From Burkholderiales bacterium (GTDB taxonomy: Bacteria > Pseudomonadota > Gammaproteobacteria > Burkholderiales > SG8-39): DNA of 64,000 nt. Of the stretch, positions 47,722 through 59,825 are shown in pieces. The notes beneath the pieces were generated by a model that was not told the origin of the DNA, searched no databases, and saw only the letters and a program-made list of their open reading frames with translations. How positions within the stretch are numbered: position 1 is the stretch's first letter; the number at the start of each line of letters is the position of its first letter. The position numbers and the translations under genes are program-made. The stretch covers positions 240 through 64,239 of the forward strand of contig DATBSZ010000273.1 in NCBI GenBank assembly GCA_036559525.1. The letters are read 5' to 3'.

Positions 47722-49233
47722 ATGTGCGGGATCCTCGGAATCGTCGCCCGTTCGCCCGTCAACCAGTTGCTCTACGACGGGCTCCTGCTGCTCCAGCATC
47801 GCGGCCAGGACGCCGCCGGCATCGTCACGTCCGAGCGCAACTCCTTCCATATGTACAAGGCGCCGGGAACGGTGCGCGACGTGTTCCGCACCCGCAACAT
47901 GCGCTCGCTGCCGGGCAACGTCGGCATCGCACATTGCCGCTACCCGACCGCAGGCTCGGCGTTCAACGCGGCCGAGGCGCAGCCGTTCTACGTCAACTCG
48001 CCCTTCGGCATCGTGCTCGGCCACAACGGCAACCTGACGAATTCCGATCAGCTGAAGGAGGAGATGTTCCGCGCCGACCGCCGGCACATCAACACCGGGT
48101 CGGACTCCGAGGTGCTGGTCAACGTGCTCGCGCACGAGCTGGAACAGGCCTCGGTGAAGCTGCGGCTCGATCCGCAGACGATCTTCACCGCGGTGGCCAA
48201 CGTCCATCGCCGCGTGCGCGGCGCCTACGCCGTGGTGGCGATGATCGCCGGCTACGGCGTGCTCGCGTTCCGCGATCCGTTCGGCATCCGCCCGGCGGTG
48301 ATCGGCTACAACGAGACCAACGCCGGCACCGAATACATGGTCGCCTCCGAGTCGGTAGCGGTGGACGCGCTCGGCTTCCGGGTGCTGCGCGACATCGGGC
48401 CCGGCGAGGCGGTGTTCTTCGACGAGGACGGCAGGTTCCACCACCAGCAGTGCGCGCCGCACGCGAGCCTGAACCCGTGCATCTTCGAGTACGTGTACCT
48501 CGCGCGCCCCGACTCGTTGATCGACGGCGCTTCGGTATACGAGTCGCGGCTCAACATGGGCGAAAAGCTCGCGGAGAAGATCCGGCGCCAGTACCGCCAC
48601 CTTCAGGTCGACGTGGTCATCCCGATCCCGGACTCGAGCCGGCCTTCGGCGCTGCAGCTCGCCGTGGGCCTGGGCGTGCCTTACCGCGAGGGCTTCGTCA
48701 AGAACCGCTACATCGGCCGCACCTTCATCATGCCCGGCCAGGCGGTGCGCACGAGCTCGGTGCGCCAGAAGCTGAACCCGATGGCGATGGAGTTCAGCGG
48801 CAAGAACGTGCTGCTGGTCGACGATTCCATCGTGCGCGGCACCACCAGCCGCGAGATCGTGCAGATGGCGCGCGAGTCCGGCGCGCGCAAGGTGTTCTTC
48901 GCCTCGGCCGCGCCGCCGGTGCGCTTCCCGAACGTCTACGGCATCGACATGCCGACGCGCGCCGAGCTGATCGCCGCGCACCGCAGCGAAGACGAGGTGG
49001 CGCGCGAGATCGGCGCCGACGCGCTGGTCTACCAGGACCTCGATGCCCTCAAGGACGCGGTGCGACGCTGCAACCCGAAGCTCACGAGCTTCGAGACCTC
49101 GTGCTTCGACGGGATCTACATCACCGGCGACATCACCACCGACTACCTGCGCTCCATCGAGATCCGGCGCCACGCCAAGCGCGATTCCGGCGACGACGAA
49201 GCGCCGCAGCTGGACCTGAATTTGGCTGCCTGA
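47722..49233 (+). CDS. purF: Amidophosphoribosyltransferase
   Basis: MCGILGIV N-terminal nucleophile Cys and PRTase motif VLLVDDSIVRGTT. Confidence 0.95.
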   Translation: MCGILGIVARSPVNQLLYDGLLLLQHRGQDAAGIVTSERNSFHMYKAPGTVRDVFRTRNMRSLPGNVGIAHCRYPTAGSAFNAAEAQPFYVNSPFGIVLGHNGNLTNSDQLKEEMFRADRRHINTGSDSEVLVNVLAHELEQASVKLRLDPQTIFTAVANVHRRVRGAYAVVAMIAGYGVLAFRDPFGIRPAVIGYNETNAGTEYMVASESVAVDALGFRVLRDIGPGEAVFFDEDGRFHHQQCAPHASLNPCIFEYVYLARPDSLIDGASVYESRLNMGEKLAEKIRRQYRHLQVDVVIPIPDSSRPSALQLAVGLGVPYREGFVKNRYIGRTFIMPGQAVRTSSVRQKLNPMAMEFSGKNVLLVDDSIVRGTTSREIVQMARESGARKVFFASAAPPVRFPNVYGIDMPTRAELIAAHRSEDEVAREIGADALVYQDLDALKDAVRRCNPKLTSFETSCFDGIYITGDITTDYLRSIEIRRHAKRDSGDDEAPQLDLNLAA

Positions 49234-49249
49234 TATATAATTCTTCTTT

Positions 49250-49301
49250 CGCGCCGATTTGAGCCACAGCTTGCGGGCGCGTTACAAATTCCGCTAAAGC
49301 G
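49250..49301 (+). promoter_or_regulatory. Candidate SAM-II (metA-element) riboswitch in the metZ leader
   Basis: P1 stem CGCGCC (49250-55) pairs with GGCGCG (49276-81). The loop contains GAUUU and AGCUUG. The 3-prime tail UUACAAAUUCCGCUAAAGCG can pair AAGC with the loop GCUU to form a pseudoknot. This matches the SAM-II consensus as I remember it. Not verified with a covariance model. Confidence 0.5.
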
Positions 49302-49310
49302 TGCCGAGAG

Positions 49311-49347
49311 AACCCGGTCCGCTAGGAAAGAGAGGCCGGGTTTTTTT
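49311..49347 (+). terminator. Hairpin plus T7 run abutting the metZ ATG (attenuator/expression platform)
   Basis: AACCCGG (49311-17) pairs with CCGGGTT (49336-42), and the T run 49341-47 ends at the ATG (49348). The 18-nt loop carries the purine-rich RBS-like AGGAAAGAGAGG. Confidence 0.55.
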
Positions 49348-50480
49348 ATGGCAAAAGACTACGAGCTGGCAACCAAGGGCGTACGCGCGGGCACGGCGCG
49401 CACCGAGTTCCAGGAGCACTCCGAGGCGCTGTTCCTCACCTCGAGCTTCGTATTCAAGAATGCGAAGCAGGCCGCGGCGCGCTTCGCCGGCGAAGACGCC
49501 GGGATGGTGTACACGCGCTACACCAACCCCACGGTCTCGATGTTCCAGGACCGGCTGGCGGCGCTCGAAGGCGCCGAGAGCTGCGTGGGCACTGCCTCGG
49601 GCATGGCGGCGATCCTCGCCACGGCGATGGTGCACCTCAGGAGCGGCGACCACGTGGTGTGCTCCAACGCGGTGTTCGGCGCCACCATCCAGCTCTTCAA
49701 CACGATTTTCTCGCGCTTCGGCATCGAGACCAGCTATGTTTCTCCCACCCGGACCGACGAGTGGGCGCGCGCCGTCAAGAAAAACACCAGACTCTTCTTT
49801 CTCGAAACGCCGTCCAATCCGCTCACCGAGATCTCGGACATTCCTGCCCTGGCCAAGGTGGCGAAAGGAGCGGGCGCGCTGCTCGCCGTCGACAACGTGT
49901 TCTGCACCCCCGCGCTGCAGCGGCCGCTGGAGCTCGGCGCCGATCTGGTGATTCACTCGGCGACCAAGTACCTCGACGGGCAGGGCAGGGTGATCGCGGG
50001 TGCCGTCGCCGGCTCCAAAGCCCTGGTCGGCGATCCGATGACTACCTTCCTGCGCACCGCGGGGCCGACGCTCTCGCCGTTCAACGCGTGGGTGGTGCTG
50101 AAAGGGCTGGAGACCCTCGAGCTCAGGATGCTGGCGCAGTCGGCTGCGGCGCTGGAGCTTGCGCGCTGGCTGGAAAGCCACCCCAAAGTGTCGCGCGTCC
50201 ATTACCCGGGACTTGAGTCCCACCCCCAGCACCAGCTGGCGAAGCGCCAGCAGCGCGGCGGCGGCGCGGTGGTCTCGTTCGAGGTGGAGGGCGGCCGCGC
50301 CGCGGCTTGGCGCGTGATCGACTCGACGCGGCTCATGTCCCTGACCGCCAACCTGGGCGACGTCAAGACCACCATCATCCATCCCGCGAGCACCACCCAT
50401 GGCAGGATATCGCCGGAAGCGCGCGCGGCCGCCGGCATTACCGATGGCCTGATCCGCGTCGCGGTCGGCCTGGAGGCGGT

Positions 50481-52115
<1,635 letters not shown>

Positions 52116-52564
52116 GAAGGCAAACCCGGCGGCCAGCGCCGCGTAGACCGCGAACATCGCGCGCGGCGACAGGCAGGTCTCGAATCCGGGCCTGAAGCGC
52201 TTGGAAACGACGTAGTAGTCCACCACGTAGGCGATCGCCGAGAGCACCGAGGCGGTCGCAAGTCGTTGCGGACGCGGTTGCGCAGCGAGCGCCGCTTCGA
52301 GAAATGCCGCCCACCAGACCGAGGCGGCCGTATGGATGCCCAGACCGAGGAGCGTATTGCGGCCGTACCGGCCGTCGTGCTGCGGCGGCTCACCTCCGTC
52401 ATAGATATGGACGATGGCATTCATCGGCCTCGCGGCGTGGCCGTTCTCCACCCGGCTCGCGACCGCGGCGGCAGCAGCGGAGGCGAGGGCACCCAGGATT
52501 CCGGTCGTGAGGATCTTCTTGGGAAGCAGCATGGGTTGGCTTCCCTGCCCAGCAAACTACGTGC

Positions 52565-53284
52565 CTAAAAACGCACGAGGCGCGGCCCGCGCCGGCTGAC
52601 TTCGACGTAGCCGCCGCGGCCGTACCAGTCGGGCAGGACCCAGCGCTCGCAGCGCTGGCCGTCGACCTCGAGCGCGTGTCGGCCCGGGCGGTGGGTATGG
52701 CCGTGGATCAGGCGGCGCACGCCGTGACGGCGCAGCGCCTGGCGCACCGCCTCGTCGTTGACGTCCATGATCTCTGCCGTTTTTTCCTGCACCACCTGCT
52801 TGCTCTTCTCGCGCATCTGTCCGACCGCGCGCCGGCGCTCCGGAAGCGGTTTCGCCAGGAAGTCCGCCTGGAAGGCGGGATCGCGCGCCTTGCGCCGCCA
52901 GGCCTGGTAGTCAAGGTCGTCGGTGCACAGCGTGTCGCCGTGCACCAGCAGGGTTTTTTCCCCCTGGATGGTCTCCACGACGGGGTCCTGGAGGAGCTTT
53001 GCCCCGGTCGCGGCGCAGAATCGCTCGCCGATGAGGAAATCTCGGTTGCCGTGCATCAGGCTGACCGGCACCCCGCGCTGCGTCAGGTCGGCGAGCAGGC
53101 CGGCGACCACGGCGTTGAAAGGCTCGCCGAGGTCATCATCGCCGATCCAGTACTCGAAGAAGTCGCCCAGGATGTAGAGGGCCTCGGCGGTGCGCGCCTT
53201 GTCTTCCAGGAAGGCGATGAAGCGCTCAGTCGCCTCCGGCCGCTCCTCGGTGAGGTGCAGGTCGGAGATGAACAGCGTGGGCAC
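52565..53284 (-). CDS. lpxH: UDP-2,3-diacylglucosamine diphosphatase
   Basis: MPTLFISDLHL...YILGDFFEYWIGDD...HGNRD, the calcineurin-like motifs of LpxH. Confidence 0.92.
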   Translation of the reverse strand: MPTLFISDLHLTEERPEATERFIAFLEDKARTAEALYILGDFFEYWIGDDDLGEPFNAVVAGLLADLTQRGVPVSLMHGNRDFLIGERFCAATGAKLLQDPVVETIQGEKTLLVHGDTLCTDDLDYQAWRRKARDPAFQADFLAKPLPERRRAVGQMREKSKQVVQEKTAEIMDVNDEAVRQALRRHGVRRLIHGHTHRPGRHALEVDGQRCERWVLPDWYGRGGYVEVSRRGPRLVRF

Positions 53285-53297
53285 TACGGCTCGGGAC

Positions 53298-53873
53298 CTA
53301 CTTCTTCGGCTCGGGCACCACGGTCATCGATTCGATGACGATCGCCTGGCGCGGAACGTCGCTGGGACCCTTGGGCGTCTTGGCGATCTTCGTCACGACG
53401 TCCATCCCGGACAGCACCTTGCCGAAGGCCGCGTAGCCGTTGCCGTCGCCGCGCGGGTCGCCCCAGTTGAGGAACGAGTTGTCGGCGACGTTGATGAAGA
53501 ACTGGGCGGTGGCGGAATTCGGATCCGCGGTGCGCGCCATCGCGATCGTGCCGACCTCGTTCTTCAGCCCGGCCTTGATTCCGCCCTGCGCCTCGTTGAC
53601 GATCGGCTTGCGGGTCGGCTTCTGCTGCATGCTCGCCGTCATGCCGCCACCCTGGATCATGAAGCCGTCGATGACCCGGTGGAACACCGTACCGTTGTAA
53701 TGGCCGTCGCGCACGTACTGCAGGAAGTTCTCCACCGTCTTCGGCGCCTTGGCCGGGTAGAGCTCGAGGCGAATCGTCCCGGCGCTCGTCTTCACGTCCA
53801 CTTGCGGGTCGGCGGCCAGCGCGCCTGGAGCGACCGCCGCGGCCGAAAGGATGAAGAGGTGTTTGAGGTTCAT
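53298..53873 (-). CDS. ppiA: Periplasmic cyclophilin-type peptidyl-prolyl isomerase
   Basis: ATG 53873. Signal peptide, then FHRVIDGFMIQGGG...NSATAQFFI. Confidence 0.92.
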   Translation of the reverse strand: MNLKHLFILSAAAVAPGALAADPQVDVKTSAGTIRLELYPAKAPKTVENFLQYVRDGHYNGTVFHRVIDGFMIQGGGMTASMQQKPTRKPIVNEAQGGIKAGLKNEVGTIAMARTADPNSATAQFFINVADNSFLNWGDPRGDGNGYAAFGKVLSGMDVVTKIAKTPKGPSDVPRQAIVIESMTVVPEPKK

Positions 53874-55024
53874 CCTGCTCCTTCGTAGATGATCTTCCAC
53901 TGCGCGCCTTCCTTGACCCAGTACTGGCGCTTGCGCATGACGTTGGACAGGCCGTCGGAACGGTAGTCCTGGTTGAACGTCACCACGACGAAGTCGCGCT
54001 CGCGAGGGTAGCGGAACATCGCCACGCGCGACACGCCGACCTTGATCCAGCGCTTCGCGCCGTTCACCTTGCGCTTGTGCTCGGCCCATGCGGCAAGGTC
54101 CTGTCCCGGCGCCGCGAAGCGGCTCGAGTAGTGGGCAAGGTAGCGCTCGGTGTCGCGGCTTTGCCAGTCGGCGCGCCATTGCTCGAACGCGCCGGCCAGC
54201 GCCGCGCGCTCGGCGGCGATGGTGGCAGCGTCGCTCCATTCGATTTCGTCGGCGATGATCACCGGAGTGAGGCCCACCTGCACGTGGCGCCCCACCGACT
54301 CGAGGTCCGGGTTGGCGAGCACGATGCAGCCGTCGCTCGCGCGCGGCGGGCGGCTGTAAACGTCGGAGGGAACGCCGTGCAGCCAGATGCCGTAGCCGCC
54401 GCGTCCCTGACGGCGGTCCCACTCGTTCGGGTAGTTGATCGGGAACGCGCCTGCGCCATAGAAGTCAGTGAGCTTCTTGCGCGGCAGGTTCGCCGTGACG
54501 TGATAGACGCCGACAGGCGTCTTCTGGTCGCCTTCGCGGGTTTTCTCGATGCCGTTTTTCCCCAGAGTGACGTAGTAGTCGGCGACCAGCCGCGGCGTGC
54601 CCTTGTCATTGCCGAAGACGTAGAGCCGCGAGCGTCGCGAATCCACCATCAGGACGTGCTTCTGCTCGGCGTGAAGCTGCAGCACGTAGCGCGGCAAGCG
54701 GTCGTCGCCCGGGCGGTGGCGCTGCGCGCGCAGCCGCGCGAGCGCCTCTTCGCGCAGCCCATCGATTTTTTCGCCCGGCACCGTCTTCGCGACGTTGCCG
54801 AAGGTCTGCAGCGGGCGCGCGCGCGCGAGCAGCAGGTCGCCGCGCACGAGGTGCGCCAGGCGGAAGTTCGGGTATTCGCGGATCAGCGCATCCACGCGCT
54901 GCAGCGCTTCGTCCAGCCGGTTGGCTTCGATCGACTGGAATACGGTCGATAGCCGGTCCTCCGGGGTTGCGCTCGCCGCAACCGCGGCCCAGCACAGCAG
55001 AACCGACAAGACCACCGCGCGCAT
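53870..55024 (-). CDS. L,D-transpeptidase (YkuD) family protein with an extra C-terminal domain
   Basis: Signal peptide. Catalytic motif [25 protein letters not shown]. The C-terminal ~110 aa are homologous to the C-terminus of the upstream TPR protein. Confidence 0.82.
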   Translation of the reverse strand: MRAVVLSVLLCWAAVAASATPEDRLSTVFQSIEANRLDEALQRVDALIREYPNFRLAHLVRGDLLLARARPLQTFGNVAKTVPGEKIDGLREEALARLRAQRHRPGDDRLPRYVLQLHAEQKHVLMVDSRRSRLYVFGNDKGTPRLVADYYVTLGKNGIEKTREGDQKTPVGVYHVTANLPRKKLTDFYGAGAFPINYPNEWDRRQGRGGYGIWLHGVPSDVYSRPPRASDGCIVLANPDLESVGRHVQVGLTPVIIADEIEWSDAATIAAERAALAGAFEQWRADWQSRDTERYLAHYSSRFAAPGQDLAAWAEHKRKVNGAKRWIKVGVSRVAMFRYPRERDFVVVTFNQDYRSDGLSNVMRKRQYWVKEGAQWKIIYEGAG

Positions 55025-56004
55025 CAGCCGCTTTTCTCGTCCAGGATTTTCCAGCCGCCGTCCGCCCGGATGAGAGTGAGCGTCTTGCGGCTATTGGACT
55101 TGAGCACGTCCGACTTGTAATTCTGCTGGAACGTCACCGTCGCGCGATCGGCGCCGTTCATGGTCACTTTGGGCGATGCCAGGCTCACCGAGATCGACTT
55201 CGGCGCGCTGATCCGGGCGCGCCGGGTCTTTTCCCAGCTGTCGCGCGCTTCGCCGCCGGGCGTCTTGAAGTCCTTGGCGTAGTAGGCGAGGTAGGCATCG
55301 GCGTCCTTCTTGGACCACGCCTCCGCCCAACCGTTTACGGCTTGCAGGATCTCGGCGGAGAGATCGGCGGCCGGCTTCTCGGGAGCCGGCTTGGCGACCG
55401 CTACCACCGGGGGCTTCGCGGCCTCCTTCGGAGCCTCTTTGGGGGTCGGTTGCGGCTTGGCCGCCTCTTTGGGCGCGACCGCCACCGCGGTCGCGCTCGG
55501 GCGGGCCACCAGCTCGCGCACCAGCGAGAGCTTGTTCTTCGCCGCGGTGTTCGACGAATCGATCTGCAGGGCCTTGTCGTAGGCCTGGCTCGCGAGCTTG
55601 GCGTACACGTCGCCCAGGTTCTCGTAGGCCGTGGCGTAGCTCGGATGGGTGCGGATCGACTGCTCGAGCGCCGCGCGCGCCCTGTCGTACTGACCTTGCG
55701 AGGCGTAGATGACGGCGAGGTTGTTGTACGGCTCCGGCAGCTCCGGGTAATCCTGGGTGAGCTTCGTAAAGATCTCGATCGCGTCCTTGCTCTTGCCTTG
55801 CTCGGTGAAGATGAGCCCCTTCAGGAAGCGCGCCTGCGCATCGCGCGGCTTCGCCGCGAGCACCTTGTTGACGAGATCGAGCGCCTGCTTGTGCTGCCCG
55901 GCTTTCAGCAGCTTGGCGGCGTCCTCCACGTCGTCGGCGCAAACCGGCATCGCAGCGGCAAGCGCGACCAAGACCCAACCCCAGCGGGCGGCGTAACTCA
56001 GCAT
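55024..56004 (-). CDS. TPR-repeat protein with the same C-terminal domain as the adjacent L,D-transpeptidase
   Basis: Signal peptide and TPR repeats ([24 protein letters not shown]..., [15 protein letters not shown]...). A Pro/Ala/Lys linker follows. The C-terminal domain reads ...[37 protein letters not shown]. Confidence 0.8.
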   Translation of the reverse strand: MLSYAARWGWVLVALAAAMPVCADDVEDAAKLLKAGQHKQALDLVNKVLAAKPRDAQARFLKGLIFTEQGKSKDAIEIFTKLTQDYPELPEPYNNLAVIYASQGQYDRARAALEQSIRTHPSYATAYENLGDVYAKLASQAYDKALQIDSSNTAAKNKLSLVRELVARPSATAVAVAPKEAAKPQPTPKEAPKEAAKPPVVAVAKPAPEKPAADLSAEILQAVNGWAEAWSKKDADAYLAYYAKDFKTPGGEARDSWEKTRRARISAPKSISVSLASPKVTMNGADRATVTFQQNYKSDVLKSNSRKTLTLIRADGGWKILDEKSG

Positions 56005-56052
56005 TGTGCTAATATTTTCAAGGCCCTACGAAAGCATCGGCATTCTAGACTA

Positions 56053-57411
<1,359 letters not shown>

Positions 57412-57412
57412 C

Positions 57413-57448
57413 GTGACTTAGGTCACAGACTCAGGTGTCTTGCCTAAG
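57413..57448 (+). terminator. Possible stem-loops just after cysS (no U-tract)
   Basis: GTGAC-TTAG-GTCAC (57413-26) and the alternative CTTAGG (57417-22) / CCTAAG (57443-48). Weak as a terminator because no T run follows. Confidence 0.25.
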
Positions 57449-57658
57449 CAGTTTCCCCGATACGCGCTCAGGTTATGGAGCAGTGGGGTGCGCGTCCCGT
57501 CGCAGCTACCCCCAGTGGCGCGCGCTGCCAAAAATAACTCCCAATAGTTCCTAGCTGTTACGAACATTATCAATTAGTTATGCCCTGCCGGGACACAATG
57601 GGCACAATCCGGGGGGAAGAACGATAGCCGCCGGGAGAGCGGGAGATAGATAGGCACC

Positions 57659-59812
57659 ATGTCTGAGGGGAAAGAATCCGTCGCCGCGAAGCCGGGCGGG
57701 CAGCGTCCACCGCTGCCGCCGATCCGCGAAGATTTGCGCCTGTATCCCGGGCCGGCTCATGCCGACGGCTCGCCGAGCTGGCGCATCCTCGATCCGGTTC
57801 GCAATTCGTTCTTCGAGATCGGCTGGCTCGAGTTCGAGCTGCTCGCGCGCTGGCGCGGACAGCGCGACGGCGCTGCGTTGCTCGAGCAGGTCGCGGCGGA
57901 AACGCCGCTCAAGCCCTCGCCCGAGGAGCTGAAGGAGCTGATCGACTTTCTCTCGACGAACCAGCTGCTCTCGCCGCGCAGCGCCATCGCACAGGAGGTG
58001 CTGAACCGCCGGCTGCATGAATCGAAGCATGCGTGGTACTTGCAGGTGCTGCATCACTATCTTTTCTTCCGGCTGCCGCTGTTCCGGCCCGACGCGTTTC
58101 TCGCCCGCACCGTCGGCGTGACCGACGTGTTGTTCACGCGCGGATTCATGGTGTTCGTGCTCGTCCTGCTCGGGCTCGACCTCTACCTGGTCTCGCGCGA
58201 GTGGTACAGCGTCGCCGACGCGATGGCGCGCATGTTCACGCCGCAGGCGTTCCTGTACTACGCCGTGGCGGTCTCGTTTTCCAAGGTGGTCCACGAATTC
58301 GCCCACGCCTACGCGGCGCGGCGCTACGGCGTTCGCGTGCCGACCATGGGGGTCGCGTTCCTGGTGCTGTGGCCGTTCCTGTACACCGACACGAGCGAAA
58401 CCTGGAAGCTCGCCGACCGGCGCAAGCAGCTCGTCATCGCCTCGGCGGGCATGGTCTCGGAGCTCACGCTGGCGGTGTTCTCGACCCTGCTCTGGGCGCT
58501 CGCTCCCGAAGGCGGCGCCAAGAACGTTCTGTTCGTCCTGGCGAGCACGACGTGGGTGGTGACCCTCGCCATCAACCTGAGTCCTTTCATGCGCTTCGAC
58601 GGCTATTTCGTGCTGTCGGACCTGCTGGGATTCCCCAACCTGCACGAGCGCAGCTTCGCGTGCGCGCGCCGCTGGATGCGCGCCACGTTCTTCGGCCTCG
58701 ACGAGCCGCTGACCGAGCCGGGCCTGCGCCCGCGGCAGCGCGCCGGGCTGATCGTCTTCGCGTGGCTGACGTGGCTGTACCGGCTGACCGTGTTCCTCGG
58801 CGTCGCGCTGCTCGTCTACCACATCGCCTTCAAGCTGCTCGGCATTTTCCTCATGCTGGTCGAGCTGATCTGGTTCATCGCGCGGCCGGTGTGGAAGGAG
58901 ATCGGCTACGTCTGGAAGGCGCGAAGCACGGTCAAGATGGCCTGGCGGCCGGCGATCGTGCTGCTCGCGCTGATCACCGCGCTGGTCTGGCTGATACCGG
59001 TGTCCTACGAAGTTACGGCGCCGGCGATCCTGCGGGCGCAGGAAGAGCACGCGGTGTATGCGCCGTTCCCTGCGCGGGTGACCGCGGTGCGGGTGTCCGA
59101 CCGCCAGCGCGTGGGCGCCGATGTCGAGCTGGTCAGCCTCGAGGCGGTCGATCTCGACGTGCGCGAGAAGAAGGCCGACATTTCGATCGTGGCGGCGCGC
59201 GCCGAGCTCGCGCGCATGCCCGCCAGCGTGCGCCTGCAGGAGAACTACGGCGTGCTTCAGGAGCGCCTCGCCCAGGCGCTGGCGGAGAAGCAGGCCGTGC
59301 GCGACGAGTACGGGCGGCAGCAGCTGCGTGCGGCCCAGGCCGGCATCGTCCGCGACTTGGCGCCCGATCTGCTCGCCGGCCGCTGGATCAACCCGCGCCA
59401 GCTGCTGATGCGCGTCGTCTCGGAAGACGTGCCGCTCATCGAAGCGTACGTCAGCGAAAGGCAGGTCGCGGCCATCGTTCCCGGCCAGTCGGTGCGCTTC
59501 TTCCCGCAGCTGCCCGACCGCCCGGTCCTGACCGGCGAAGTCGTCGCCGTGGACAAGTCGCCGCAGAAACAATTGTCGCGGCCGCTGCTCGCCTCGCTGC
59601 ACGGCGGCGCCGTCGTGGTGAAGCAGGACCAGCACGGCTCGCTGGTCGCGCAGGACGCGCTGTTTCGCGTGATCGTCAAACCGGTGGGCGCGCCTCCCAA
59701 GGTCGACGCCGTGATCCACGGCAGCGTGCGCATCGAGACCGGGTTGCGCTTCCTGGTGGAAAACTTCGTTTACCGCATTCTTTCGGTGCTGATCCGTGAA
59801 AGCGGCATCTAA
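57659..59812 (+). CDS. Fusion protein: site-2-protease (M50) polytopic domain plus HlyD-type periplasmic adaptor domain
   Basis: S2P motifs HEFAH (58292-58306) and NLSPFMRFDG (58574-58603) lie within multiple TM helices. After a further TM segment comes a barrel-sandwich/short coiled-coil/beta-barrel region typical of HlyD-family adaptors (…VTAVRVSDRQRVGADVELVSLE…GQSVRFF…). Confidence 0.8.
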   Translation: MSEGKESVAAKPGGQRPPLPPIREDLRLYPGPAHADGSPSWRILDPVRNSFFEIGWLEFELLARWRGQRDGAALLEQVAAETPLKPSPEELKELIDFLSTNQLLSPRSAIAQEVLNRRLHESKHAWYLQVLHHYLFFRLPLFRPDAFLARTVGVTDVLFTRGFMVFVLVLLGLDLYLVSREWYSVADAMARMFTPQAFLYYAVAVSFSKVVHEFAHAYAARRYGVRVPTMGVAFLVLWPFLYTDTSETWKLADRRKQLVIASAGMVSELTLAVFSTLLWALAPEGGAKNVLFVLASTTWVVTLAINLSPFMRFDGYFVLSDLLGFPNLHERSFACARRWMRATFFGLDEPLTEPGLRPRQRAGLIVFAWLTWLYRLTVFLGVALLVYHIAFKLLGIFLMLVELIWFIARPVWKEIGYVWKARSTVKMAWRPAIVLLALITALVWLIPVSYEVTAPAILRAQEEHAVYAPFPARVTAVRVSDRQRVGADVELVSLEAVDLDVREKKADISIVAARAELARMPASVRLQENYGVLQERLAQALAEKQAVRDEYGRQQLRAAQAGIVRDLAPDLLAGRWINPRQLLMRVVSEDVPLIEAYVSERQVAAIVPGQSVRFFPQLPDRPVLTGEVVAVDKSPQKQLSRPLLASLHGGAVVVKQDQHGSLVAQDALFRVIVKPVGAPPKVDAVIHGSVRIETGLRFLVENFVYRILSVLIRESGI

Positions 59813-59825
59813 GAAACGAAAGCCC

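Noticed and set aside
57475-57537. 20-codon micro-ORF (MEQWGARPVAATPSGARCQK) upstream of the M50::HlyD gene, considered as a possible precursor peptide for a protease/exporter
   Set aside because: It has no convincing Shine-Dalgarno, no leader-like motif such as a double glycine, and no conservation evidence available to me. It is too short to distinguish from chance. The adjacent giant protein is a more obvious partner.
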